Positions 1 to 12,064 of a DNA stretch of 64,000 nt are shown here, piece after piece. Positions within the stretch are counted from its first letter, which is position 1; each line of letters starts with the position of its first letter. Source of the stretch: Octopus vulgaris (Eukaryota). Made by a program: the position numbers and the translations under genes. The DNA lies in contig OX597825.1 of assembly GCA_951406725.2 (NCBI GenBank), forward strand, positions 6,510,001-6,574,000, read 5' to 3'. Under the pieces are notes generated by a model, which saw only the letters and a program-made list of their open reading frames with translations, had not been told where the DNA came from and did no database searches.

Positions 1-234
1 TTGAAAAAAAAATGTTAAAACATGCATTGAATATTATTCTTTCTTACAAAGTGAAGATAGAAATTTCTTTAGTATTTTGGAAGTGATTGGTTATCACAGT
101 AGATGAGTTCGTTTATATTGTGCTGACCAAGTTAAAAAGATTATTCTAACAGAGTGTGCATATGCAAAACATCACACCATAACTTTGGATGCAATTATTC
201 TGCATTAGAATGACATGCTTATCTTAATATCTTA

Positions 235-284
235 GTGTTTAAGAGCACTAACCCCAAGATTCTGAGTTCGATTCCAGGCAGTGA

Positions 285-354
<70 letters not shown>

Positions 355-365
355 CATCATCATAA

Positions 366-421
<56 letters not shown>

Positions 422-600
422 ATAACAACAACAACATCAAAAATACCTTAGGAATGAGAAACGAGGTTTGAAATTTCCCCAAGACACCTAATGAAGGCTG
501 GAGGATAAATCAGCCAAAACATGTTAACAACAAACAAGATGAGGACAAATATCCGTCAAATGTAAATAATGTAAATAATATAGAATAATAATAATGTAAA
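235..600 (+). mobile_element. Family A tRNA-head/(AAT)n/hammerhead element, 5'-truncated single copy
   Basis: Box B GAGTTCGATTCC at 264, then an (AAT)n(CAT)n(AGT)n spacer, then a body matching 35431-35882 and 60231-60767; decayed HHR GACAC-CTAATGA-A-GGCTG..CAGCC-AAAAC at about 483-527. Confidence 0.85.
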
Positions 601-883
601 TAATATACTGTTACTAACCAATGAACACTTAACTATTTTGATAATAATCAGAATATGGGTATTGATGTGACTAAATTAATTCTTGATGGGGAAAGCATTT
701 CAATATTCCATGTTCTGCTGATCATGGTGGACAAAGCCATGATAAGAGGAGCAACTTGTCTGTTACCGTAATGTTTGGCAAGTAATTTAAAGCCAGTATA
801 ATCCATTGACTGCATTTTCCCTTTCTACTTGTCATTAACTTATATAAAGTTAGTGCAGCTGAATATTAGATTAAAGCTCCTAC

Positions 884-966
884 CTGCATTGGACGAAAAT
901 CTCCAAGCACTTTGCAGCTCTTGTTCGTAGCCTTCAAAAGCAATTACGTCCTTGCTTACATTAAAT
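884..966 (-). CDS. Putative internal coding exon of unidentified gene (FNVSKDVIAFEGYEQELQSAWRFSSNA)
   Basis: ttag acceptor and gtagga donor; the only stop-free frame is phase-compatible with exon 2232-2327. Confidence 0.45.
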
Positions 967-1530
967 CTAAGACTGGCAATGATTATAAACATAAAGTTAT
1001 TTACATTCCATTGAGTGCATTATTATGATATCAATTTTGATCAAAATTGATTAATTCATTATTGTAATATTACAATAATCAGTTCAACCCAGAAATGTTA
1101 CAAATGATGTGGAAGAAAGGAATTTGAAATCTTTATTAGATGACTTAAATACTGAATGTTAATAATGGGACAGCCATCTTAATTATTGCTGGAGAATAAT
1201 TGGAAGCCTAAATGAATTTTCTAATAAGGACACAAGTTGTTTGGTGAAAACGGGGAACGAGTGCTTACGTGTATTCTGTCATGAAATAGAGGTTTATTGT
1301 TGAAGAATTTTATGCCATATTTGTATCACTCATTTCAAAGATCTCAAGACTCTTCAATAATTTGAATTTATTTGGAAACATTCTAAAGTAGAAAATGGTC
1401 AGATTGAACTCAATGTTAAGCAAATGTGTGGAATACCTTAATATGTAACAATATTATAATATAGTATAATATAAACAATATATGATATCAATATATCAGC
1501 AAAGAATAAAGATCTGTGAAATATATATTG

Positions 1531-2005
1531 ATCATCATCATCATCATCGTTTAACGTCCGCTTTCCATGCTAGCATGGGTTGGACGATTTTGACTGAGGG
1601 TTGGCGAACCAGATGGCTGCACCAGGCTCCAATCTTGATCTGGCAGAGTTTCTACAGCTGGATGCCCTTCCTAACGCCAACCATTCCGAGAGTGTTGTAG
1701 GTGCTTTTTACGTGCCACTGGCACGGGGGCCAGTCAGGCAGTACTGGCAATGACCTCTTTCGAATCTTTTTACACATGCCACCGGCACAGGTGCCAGTAA
1801 AGTGGCGCTGGTAACGATCACGCTCGAATGGTGCCCTTTTACGTGCTACCAGCACAGAAGCCAGTTGGCTGCTCTCGCAAAGATCATGCTTGGATGGTGC
1901 TCTTGGCATTCTATTAGCATGGGCACAATTGCCAGTAAGGTGACGTTGGTAATGATCACACACGAATGGTGCCTTTTATGTGCCACTTGCATGGAAACCA
2001 GTTAG
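1531..2005 (-). mobile_element. RTE-LINE 3' module (GAT-tailed SINE-like repeat)
   Basis: Reverse complement of ...GGAAAGCGGACGTTAAACGATGATGAT with repeated GTGCCGGTGGCACGTAAAAAGCACC units, as at 8270-8868. Confidence 0.85.
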
Positions 2006-2231
2006 CCTCTATCATTATATTGATATATAATGATATATAGAATACATATTGATATATAAAAAAAATGTAGATGTATCAATTAATAGTAAAAATCAAATAT
2101 TTCCACTTAAAAATCATTAAATGAATCAAATATTATTTCAACTCTCATTCCACCAATTGAAATATTTAACAAACTTAATAAATTGCAATTTGAAGTGCAA
2201 CTATAGCACTTCAAAATGTTTTACTGCCTAC

Positions 2232-2327
2232 AAGCCATATCCACAGACTGAGAGGTCTTCCAGTGCTTTCGAATACTCTGTGATCAGCGATGTGTCAAAG
2301 CAGGTTGTTAAATCAATTGCAAATGAT
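2232..2327 (-). CDS. Putative internal coding exon (SFAIDLTTCFDTSLITEYSKALEDLSVCGYG)
   Basis: taag acceptor and gtaggc donor, 96 nt, single open frame, phase 2-2. Confidence 0.5.
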
Positions 2328-2856
2328 CTTAATTAAAACTCTTTGATTGATGCCTGCTAGCCATAGAGCTCGAAATGTCCTGGCTTCATTAATATTACAA
2401 ATATAATATTTTTTATTTGGTAAAATATTCTTGTTTTTTACACTGTGTCCGCTTGATACTTTTACAGTTCAGCATATATTAGCTGTGGCCCATATTTATT
2501 GCTCAAACAAATGAATACAGATGTATGTGGGTGTATTCGCATGTTTGTATCTGTGCATGTTTGTTTGTGTGCATGTGTATCTCACAAGATATATAGCTTT
2601 GATTCTTCGAAATGAATCCCCTAACACAATCACATTTAAAAAGGATTTTATGAACGGCTGTTGCTATACATGAATGTTTCTGCATTTATAAATTAAATAA
2701 TATCACACCTACATCAAAGAGGGCCATACGACCCTATTGAAGGTAACAATAGAGCTCATCAGATGTAAAGCCTTTCTCTCACATGTTAGAGTATTGCTCT
2801 ATTATGATAAGTTAATGTCCTGAAGCATGAGGTGTGTGCAGACAATTGTAGCTTAC

Positions 2857-2961
2857 TTGGAAAACTCATAAAGCAAATAAGGTTTCATGCATTGAAAGTC
2901 TTCCATACCTACTCCATTTAAAGTATTTCCCTTCAGCTTATACATGTTTCGATATGCAGAT
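2857..2961 (-). CDS. Putative internal coding exon (SAYRNMYKLKGNTLNGVGMEDFQCMKPYLLYEFSK)
   Basis: atag acceptor, strong AA|gtaagc donor, 105 nt, single open frame, joins in frame to 2232-2327. Confidence 0.5.
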
Positions 2962-3152
2962 CTATACACACAAACACACAAATATATATGTATACACAAC
3001 ACACATAAATGTATGTCGGTAAATATATATATATGTATGTATATTACATATATACATACATAAATAGGGGCAGGAGTGGCTGTGTGGTAAGTAGCTTGCT
3101 TACCAACCACATAGTTCTGGTATCTTAGTCAATATTAGTCTAACGAAATACA

Positions 3153-3585
3153 TATTTCTTTATTACCCACAAGGGGTTAAACACAGAGGGGACAAACAAG
3201 GACAGACAAACGGATTAAGTCGATTATATCGATCCCAGTGCGTAACTGGTACTTATTTAATCGACCCCGAAAGGATGAATGGCAAAGTCGACCTCGGTGG
3301 AATTTGAACTCAGAGCGTCGCGGCAGACGAAATACCGCTAGGCATTTCGCCCGGTGTGCTAACGTTTCTGCCAGCTCGCCGCCCTATACTCTTTTCAACT
3401 CTAGACACAAGGCCCGAAATTTCTGAGGAGGTGTGCCAGTCGATTAGATCAACCCCAGTACGCAACTGGTACTTAATTTATTGCCTCCGAAAGGATGAAA
3501 GGCAAAGTCGATCTCGGGAGAATTTGAACTCAGAACACAAAGACAGACGAAATACCACCAAGCGTTTCTCCCAGCTCGCCGCCTT
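3153..3585 (-). mobile_element. Two adjacent tRNA-derived SINE copies (GGCGAGCTGGCAGAA family)
   Basis: Minus-strand box B GAGTTCAAATTC and shared body; matches 14315-14548, 16603-16735 and 62455-62620. Confidence 0.85.
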
Positions 3586-4119
3586 ATATTCCACTATATT
3601 TATTGTTCCAAATACGAGTCAATTTAATGTTTAATGAAGTTCTTTGACAAAACGTTTCGCATGAAAAAGTATCTAGACTATATTTGCACCGTATTTTATC
3701 TCTATCATTGCAATAATACGAATTTCTGTTCGTTGACTTTTGATTAATCTTTGATGTTCGCTTCGGGTTCCAGACAGCTTTTATAATATTATTTTTTACA
3801 AGCAAAACGATTGTGAGATCCTTCCGTAACAATCCATTATTTATTGCTTTTTTCTCAGTTTTTTTTTCTTTTGTAGAAACAGGAATTTTGTGTTAGTCTC
3901 CTCTTTATACTTCCATGTTGGTTATTTTACTGTCCCAACTCCTACAAACACAAACTTCTGTCTGGGAAGAGAATATATTTAATTATATATTATAAATATA
4001 TCTAACATATATATTTACCTTAATATGTATGACATGATTGTATTTCTTGTAATTTTTTTTGTTTTAGGTATGACTACATTTTATTGTATACTTATATACT
4101 TGTGTGTTTGTATATACAC

Positions 4120-5260
4120 GGTCGTTATATTAATGACTGTATCGGTGCGACCTCGCTCTCCTGCGAACAACTAGACCCCTTCCTCTCTTTTGTTCAATCC
4201 TTCCATCCTGCCCGCAAATTCTCCTGGTCTATTTCCAACACTTCCTTCGCCTGTCTCGACATTTCGGTCAACATAAACAACTCCGCTCTCAATACCTCCA
4301 TCCACTACAAACACACTGACTCATACTCATACTTCAACTTCTCCTCCTCCTTCTCCCACCCTACCCACACCAAGCTCTCCAGCCCCTTTTCCCAATTCCC
4401 CCGTCTGCAGGTTCTGCAGTGACAGTCAAGACTTTGAGATTCAGCCTCAACTCAAGGCTCGCCACTTCATTCTTCGTTGATATCCCCTCTATCCACACAG
4501 CCCTTGCTAGAGCATGCTCCGTGGACCGTGCCCCTACTCTACCCCTCTCGCATCCACCCCACCGTTGCCCATCTCCCATTTCCCCTCAGCTACCACCCTT
4601 TCAACGCACCATTCTCCGAGCCTTCCGGCAACTGCAGTCCGATCCCCCCACTTCGCACATCTTCCCCAACCTACCTCTTCCCTCCTTCAAACGAGCCCAC
4701 AAGCTACGTAACCTCCTGGTCCACAGTTTCTACCCTAACCCCACCTCCCAACTTGGCTCGTTTCCCTACTCCCGCCCACGCTTCCGCACTTGCCCCTACT
4801 TCTCCAACATCACTATCCTCACAGGCACCCATCATCGTCCCTATCATATCACCGACTCCTTTACTTGCACTTCTAGCAACGTCATTTACTGCATCTCCTG
4901 CTCTTTCTGTCCTTCTCTGTACACAGGTCAAACAGGACGCCACTTGGCTGACCGGTTCGAGGAACACCTCTGAGACATTAGACTCGACAATGACATCCCG
5001 GTCTCGCACCATTTCCGCTCTACCAGTCATTCATTACAACACCTGTCTGTGTTCGGCTTGTCTTTGCTCAGGGACCATCCGGACACCCGCCTTCGCCGTG
5101 AACAAATATTAATCTTCTCTCTTCGCTCCTTTGTGTCACTTGGACTCAGCTCCCCTCTCCTCTTCATCCGACTCCCCTCTCTTCTTCATCCGACTCCCCT
5201 CCTCTCCTCTCTTCATCTAACACCTACATCCTCTCTTCATTCTAACCCCCTCCTCTCCTC
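4120..5260 (+). mobile_element. Penelope-like element remnant (RT C-terminal half plus GIY-YIG endonuclease), probably Neptune-type; pseudogenised
   Basis: GRYINDCIG (RYxDD motif), LDI..YKHTD, FKRAHKLRNLLVHS, Cys-linker remnant RPRFRTCPY, FTCTSSNVIYCISC..LYTGQTGR..DRFEEHL..VSHHF; frameshifts and stops. Confidence 0.9.
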
Positions 5261-5261
5261 A

Positions 5262-5605
5262 GTTTTGGACGCTCATAGCGCAGGGATTAGAATTTTTCAG
5301 CATTAAACTGCATATTATTATACTCAGTCCATCTGTAATTTGAGTCCCACTCCTGTTGCAGGTGTGCAACATCTATGGGGTTCTGTATTTCCTGCGAGAC
5401 ATTCGTATCGTCTGCGTAGCTAGTAAGGGTGGCTATCTGGGCAGCTGAGGGCATATCTGAGAGGGCCACTATGAAAAGAAGTGGTCCCAAGATAGTGCCC
5501 TGTGGAAAACCGCTCACTATTTGTGTTTTCATTGAAGTGGCTCCACTGGCCACTACTGCCCGACTTCAATCTTTCAGAAAGTCATGTAACCACTCTCCAA
5601 GTTTT

Positions 5606-5608
<3 letters not shown>
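5262..5608 (-). mobile_element. CR1/Jockey-type LINE RT fragment
   Basis: SGFPQGTILGPLLF..YADDT..LQQEWD..W..NNMQFNAEK. Confidence 0.85.
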
Positions 5609-5673
<65 letters not shown>

Positions 5674-5702
5674 CATATATATGCTATATATTATTTACTA
5701 TT

Positions 5703-5743
<41 letters not shown>

Positions 5744-5785
5744 TATGCTATATGTTATTTACTATTTATTATATATATATAATAT
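5609..5785. repeat. (TA)n microsatellite block
   Basis: Direct reading. Confidence 0.95.
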
Positions 5786-6199
5786 AGTTGGAATTTACAA
5801 AATAAATACGAAACAAAAGACGAAGGCGGGTGTGTAGCATGTATATATATGCATACATATGTATATCTGTGTGCATGTGCGTATTTTATGTTTCAATGTA
5901 TCTGTATAGATGCATTGTCTGTATGCATCTATATATTATGTAAACACTTTGAATGCAAAGGCGTCAGTGTAAATACGAAGGAAAATTGAATAGTTGATCC
6001 TGGAGGTAGACTGTCAAATTATATTAAACTCAAACGGGAAACTTCGTGACTGATTTCTGGGATTGAAATCCCTGAACAAAATATGGGAAATTAAAGAAAA
6101 GAATATTCAGAAAACGTGAATTATATAAAAAAAAAAACATTTGTGTGGATGCATGTGTAAAAATACAATCAAGTAAAGAAATTCAAATTATATATCAAC

Positions 6200-6640
6200 T
6201 CTTATTTTTTTAAATCAAAGATGGCGGCCAACCCATCGCACGTGTAATTATCGCTCGTGGAAAAAGCCTTGAGAATATTTGCAAAAAATGTGCTGAGTAT
6301 GATATCGATAATATTTTCTGATTGAGTCATATTTAGTTGCAAGTATTAACACATTCAATCGATAGAATTCGTGCTCAACTCTCCAAATCTTGCTGTTTCT
6401 AAAAATTCTTTTATCGAATTAACGTGGTGAGAAGGAAAACAGTTTCAAAAATTCCTTCATCGAATTACCGTGGTGAGAAAGAAAACAGTTTCAAAAATTC
6501 CTTCATAGAATTCACACAGCGAAAAGGAAAATAATTACAAATTTCACTGGGAAATTTAATAGCTTAATTGTTTAACAAAAATATTGGACGGACATAAGTA
6601 ATAGACATCATAAAGTGATTTTATGCGACCAAAGGTAAGG
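6200..6640 (+). promoter_or_regulatory. CpG-rich promoter and first exon, possibly bidirectional
   Basis: YY1 motif AAGATGGCGGC 6218-6228, CACGTG 6239-6244, DRE TATCGATA 6303-6310, local CpG enrichment, donor AAG|GTAAGG at 6634/6635. Confidence 0.6.
6401..6538. repeat. 46-bp tandem repeat, 3 copies
   Basis: AAAAATTC(C/T)TT(C/T)ATCGAATT..GTGGTGAGAA.GAAAACAGTTTC starting at 6401, 6447 and 6493 (third copy diverged). Confidence 0.85.
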
Positions 6641-7023
6641 TATTTTAAATTTGACGAAGTAGACCTTTCATGTTTGTTTACATTAGCGTTGCTTCCACAC
6701 GGACAGGTGATAAAATCCGGCAAGACTTTGCGCTGTATAGCATTTTGCTTCAGTCTCTGCTGCTGTCTGTTTCAGTGCCCAAACTGATTAATTAATTAAT
6801 CGCTTCGTTTAATTTCTTTCGATTTCTCTTTTCACCATCTCTTTACGACATAAAATAGTCAAATGTAAAAATATAATTTCCCCTTTGCTCTCAGTGTTTC
6901 TACCTGTCTGTCTGTCTCTCATGCACGTACACACACACACACTCTCTCTCTCCCAGTTGTGCGTATGTGTACTTGGGACTTATTCCTATAGACAGATCAG
7001 ATCATGTATATATATATATATAT

Positions 7024-8868
7024 AGCTGTGCAAGCCATGTACAGGGACGCTGTCAGTAAGGTGAGGGTTGGCAACGAGTACAGTGAAGAATTCTGGGTAG
7101 AGGTAGGGGTCCACCAAGGTTCAGTCCTCAGCCCCCTCCTATTTATCATAGTCCTCCAGGCAATAACAGAGGAATTCAAGACAGGATGCCCCTGGGAGCT
7201 CTTCTATGCTGACGAACTTGCTCTAATTGCTGAGTCACTTTCAGAACTAGAGAAGTTTCAGGTGTGGAAACAAGTATTAGAATCGAAGTGCCTTAGAGTC
7301 AACCTAGCTAAAACCAAAGTCCTAATAAGTAGGAAGGCAGGCAAACCACAAACCCCTTCAGGTAGATGGCCCTGCTCGATCTGTAGAAAAGGCGTAGGTA
7401 GAAACTCTATAAGATGTACCCAATGTAAGCTATGGACACATAAGAGGCGCAGTAAGTAATATCAAAGGAAGGCTAACTGGGAAGATAGTTTTTGTATGTG
7501 GCAGATGATCAGGAGCAATAAACACTGAAAATGTGCAGAGAACAACTTCTGCCACATTCCAGGGAAAAAAACTAGAAGTAGTTGATAGCTTCCATTACCT
7601 AGGTGATCAAGTCAGTAGCGGGGGAGGGTGCGCTGAAAGTGTAGATGCCAGAATAAGAATAGCCTGGGCAAAGTTCAGAGAGCTTTTACTTCTGCTGATG
7701 ACAAAGGGCCTCTCATTCAGAGTAAAAGGCAGACTGTATGACGCATGTGTATGAACAGCCATGCTACAAAGCAGTGAAACATGGGCCATGACTGCTGAGG
7801 ACATGCGTAAGCTCGCAAGGAATGAAGCCAGTATGATCCGATGGATGTGTAATGTCAGTGTGCATGCTTGACAGAGTGTAAGTACCTTGAGAGAAAAGTT
7901 GGACCTAAGAAGCATCAAATGTAGTGTGCAAGAGAGACGACTGCACTGGTATGGTTATGTCATGAGAGTGGATGAGGAAAGCTGTGTGAAAAAGTGCCAC
8001 ACCCTAGCTGTTGAGAGAACCTGTGGAAGAGTTAAACCCAGGAAGACCTAGGATGAAGTGGTGAAGCAAGACCTTCAAACATTTGGACTCACCGAGGCAA
8101 TGACTAGTGACCGAGACCTTTGGAAATATGCTGTGCTTGAGAAGACTCGGCAAGCCAAGTGAGACCATAACCCCGTGGCCCATGCCAGGGGTGTAACCAG
8201 CCCACTTATGTATACCTTTCCTTCATTGGACTCTAAACTCTGCTTGCGAAAACCTGTTGAGGCTTGTGAAATCGAAATCAAATTCGATGACTGGCATCCG
8301 TGCTAGTGGAGCGCTAAGAGCACCATCCGAGTGTGTTCGTTGCCAGAGCAGCTAACTGGATTCTGTGCCGGTGACATGTAAAATGCACCATTCGAGTGTG
8401 ATCGTTACCAGTGAGTTCATGGCTCACAGGACGGCCTGCTGTGCTTACCTTGGATCTTAGGGTGACCTGCTGTGCTTGAGGAGACCTATTGAGTCAAGTA
8501 CATCAACATCAAAATAAAAATCAAATGGATATTGTAGTTGTGATACCCATGCTAGTGGCACATAAAAAGCACCATCCAAATGTGACTGATGCCAGCACAA
8601 GCCTGACTGGCATCTGTATCGGTGATACATAAAAAGCACCAACCAATCATGGCTGTTTGTCAGCCTCCTCTGGCCCCTGTGCCGGTGGCACATAAAAAAC
8701 ACCCACTACACTCATGGAGTGGTCGGCGTTAGGAAGGGCATCCAGCTGTAGAAACACTGCCAGATCAGACTGGAGCCTGGTGCAGCCTCCTAGCATCCCA
8801 GACCCCGGTCGAACCGTCCAAACCATGCTAGCATGGAGAATGGATGTTAAACGATGATGATGATGATG
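7024..8868 (+). mobile_element. 5'-truncated RTE-clade LINE with complete 3' UTR and (GAT)n tail
   Basis: VGVHQGSVLSPLLF, YADE, KTKVL, FHYLG, ARIRIAWAKFREL, SETW, RGRPRKTW-like end; several stops; starts in (TA)n. Confidence 0.92.
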
Positions 8869-9468
8869 AATAAAATGGTGTGCATAGTCTCCAACAGCTG
8901 TTTCTAGAATATCCCAATTATTGGAACATTGTGTCGAGTAAGGATGAGTAATGTTCCTCCACTGTTACATCTATTTAACCTCCCTCTCTCCAATGACAGA
9001 ATTCTCAGTCTATGGTGGCCTCACTTGACTCATTGTTCCAATAATTTGGATATGGTAGAAACAGCTGTTAGCCTATGCACACCTTTTTATTATATGGCTA
9101 AATTAAATATCCTTCTCAAGTCTTGCCAAACTGATTGCCTCTTCATTTCTGTTTTTAATCTATCTGTCTGTCTGTCTGTCCAGTCCAGTCCAGTCCAGCC
9201 TATGCCAGCATATGATGTTTGTGAGTGTGTTACTGTCTCCTTGCTTTGATATGTGATAGTTGTAAATGAGTGTCATCATGATGTAAGGATGGTAAAGTAA
9301 ACTTTAGAACAAAAATAAGGATGGTCTGTATGTGTGTGTATGTATATATACCCTGGAACATGGGTCTGAAAATTAGAAATTTTATGTTAAATGCCCAAAG
9401 TTATATCAAAAGTAAGTAATTTGGTCTAGAACTATATTTTTGATTTTGTCTATTTTTTTTTCTTCTAG

Positions 9469-9495
9469 ATATTGAACCATTGGATCAATTATTCA
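9469..9495 (+). other. Candidate 27-nt microexon of the plus-strand transcript
   Basis: Polypyrimidine ttttttttttcttctag acceptor and CA|gtaagt donor. Confidence 0.35.
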
Positions 9496-9593
9496 GTAAG
9501 TACATCTCTACGTTGTATGTATTTGAATCAAATTGTACTTGGACATAAATTTAGTATTTAAAAAAAAATGTTCAAAATATTTGGCCATGACTC

Positions 9594-9649
<56 letters not shown>

Positions 9650-9654
9650 TGTAG

Positions 9655-9808
9655 ATATTGCTAGCCACTAAACCTTTTTCTATTTTCTCTCCCTGTTTAT
9701 TTCTCGAAACGTAAAAGACTTTCTCACTTCTCGAGCGTTAAACTAATACATCTGTTTGTTGTTTACACACCTGTCTTTGTCTTTTGTTTGTTTGTAAATT
9801 CTCACTAT
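9655..9808 (+). mobile_element. Family B PLE pseudo-LTR-like element, internally deleted (retains CTCGAAACGTAAAAG)
   Basis: Reverse complement of 39787-39975; next to (TA)n. Confidence 0.75.
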
Positions 9809-10060
9809 ACACACATACGCACATATATGTATGTATAATAATAATATAATAATAATAATAATGATAATAATAAGTGACAACAAAAGAATATATATATATC
9901 TGAGTGGTGTGCACTGAAGGTATGCATGTCATTCACTGCTTGACCATTTATTTCTATATGCCATCTTGGTGTTAAAACAGGCACTTTGCTAATTTACTAA
10001 GAATTTCAGTTAAGTTGACACAAAGCAAACTTGAGCAACACACAGTCAACAGCGATGCCT

Positions 10061-10130
10061 GCTGGGTTCAGCAACTCCACATTGATGAGGGGCAAATACT
10101 CCGAAACCGGTCCATGGATGTTGAACCAGC
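10061..10130 (+). ncRNA. Type I hammerhead ribozyme motif (family C) with extended stem I
   Basis: CCACA-TTGATGA-GGGG-CAAATA-CTCC-GAAAC-CG-GTC-CATGG; outer pairing GCTGGGTTCAGCA / TGTTGAACCAGC. Confidence 0.7.
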
Positions 10131-10406
10131 AAGGGGAAGCTGATGACCTCCTCTGTTTGATGGTTGTAATGGACACAGATTTGTGTGTCATAAAGCTGGC
10201 TAGAGGCAACGGCATCTCGGAGCTAATCAACGGCAGCATTTGTCATATTTCTCTGGACTGCCACATTTAGCTTGGCAATAAATATTAATACCCAGTACTG
10301 CTGCTGTAGTCTCCTTTAGAGAGATTTAGAAATAATAATATTTCTATCAAACTAATCATTATTATCTGTATAAATATAAACACATAGAAATATAAAAGTA
10401 CATTAA

Positions 10407-10814
10407 ATCGAAATCAAATTCGATGACTGGCATCCGTTGCTAGTGGAGCACTATGAGTACCATATGAGTGAGATCATTGCCAGAGCAAGCTGGCCTCCAT
10501 GTCGATGGCACGTAAAAAACACCATTCGAGCGTGATTGTTACCTGCATCGCCTTACTGGCACTTGTGCTGGTGGCACATTAAAAAACATTCTAGCATGGC
10601 TGTTGTCAGTACTGCCTGACTGGCCCTTGTGCCAGTGGCACGTAAAAGCATCCACTACAATACTGGATGCATTAGGAAGGGCATCCAGCTGTAGAAACTC
10701 TGCCAGATCAGATTGGAGCCTGGTGCAGACATCTGGTTTGCCAGTCCTCACTCAAATCGTCCAAACCATGCTAGTATGGAAAGCGGACGTTAAACGATGA
10801 TGATGATGATGATG
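10407..10814 (+). mobile_element. RTE 3' module
   Basis: Matches 8270-8868; (GAT)n tail. Confidence 0.85.
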
Positions 10815-10948
10815 AATGTTGAATTATCCAAATTATTCAGCTGCAGTATTGTCCAACAAAAATCAAAATTCTTTTTGAAATTCAAAATGAATGAATGCTG
10901 TCTGATCTTAGAGCATATTACCTACAAAATGGCAAAGTCCTAGTAGTA

Positions 10949-11168
10949 CAAAGGGGTTGTTGAAAAGTTCCTGGTTTTAAATATTTTGTTAAAGGCCTGG
11001 TTGGAGATCCAACCTTCCGAGTTCTTTTACGGGACTTAGAAAAACTGAAGGACCACTGCAATAAGTGAGTGAGTCTGAGAGGGGAACATGTTGGATAAAA
11101 TCATAATTAACTGATCCTCCTGTATTTTCTTTTACCCAAAGCCAGGAACTTTTCAGCACCCCCTTGAG
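10949..11168 (+). mobile_element. Mariner-derived MITE
   Basis: TIRs AGGGGTTGTTGAAAAGTTCCTGG / CCAGGAACTTTTCAGCACCCCCT, TA flanks, interior resembles a mariner transposase C-terminus (EKLKDHCNK*VSLRGEHV). Confidence 0.8.
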
Positions 11169-12003
11169 TATGTGGTTGTTGTCTCTTGGGTCTAAGAAAG
11201 CTGCTGGTTCTGCAATTTCTTGCTCAGATGATTTGATTATATGCCCTGCACATTAGCTTACTCTTTCCATTGTGCCACATGTCAGATGTTGAAGTGATTG
11301 AAAAACGATGTGAGATGAAGTGTTTTGCTCAAGAACACAATGCACTACCCAATCCAGGAATCAAACCCTTGATCTTGCAATCCTGAATGTAACATCTTAA
11401 CCATTAGGCCATGTGCCCTCTCACACCTGACTGTGTGTATTTTCTGTTAATTGATAAAATACAGCAGAAATTCAATGAGGTAGGGCTTTTTTTTTGTTTA
11501 CAAAATAAGTATAAGTTTGCTTTGCTAGTTTCTTCAACCATTCTGTATAATCCAAACTTATTATCTATTTCTGATAACTGCATTCCTATGGCTTTGGATG
11601 TGTTGGTGTAGATATATTGGTATGATGATAAACTATTTTTGCAGAAATATTTTATGATATTTACTTTATTACACAGTTACTTGCCAGTAGTGTATAGTGG
11701 TGTACTAGAAGAAAATATAGTTCATAGTTAAATTAATGGCAGAGGAGGTTAGCTTAGTGTAAGGGACAAGAATACTGCTTTGTCCAGAATAGTTGGAGTT
11801 TCTTATAACTCAAGGCTGAGCTGCAATCAAGGAAACTTGTCTGTTTAAAGGGTTTGTTGTCTGTGTGTGCAACCTATGTTTGCCTCTGATTTGTTTTTGA
11901 CTGAGAAATTGTTGGTTATAGGATAGAAATTGATTCATATATGTAATATATGTATACAGTGTATATGTAGGTTTATATATGTGTTAGTATACATGTGTGT
12001 GCA

Positions 12004-12054
<51 letters not shown>

Positions 12055-12064
12055 ATTATATCCC

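Noticed and set aside
2721-2770. 5S rRNA-like start GGCCATAC..TTGAA..CTCATCAGAT
   Set aside because: Similarity is patchy and there is no internal control region or 3' half
3640-3700. Hammerhead at minus-strand GCGAAACGTTTTGTC
   Set aside because: Only the 3' half is present; no CTGANGA core
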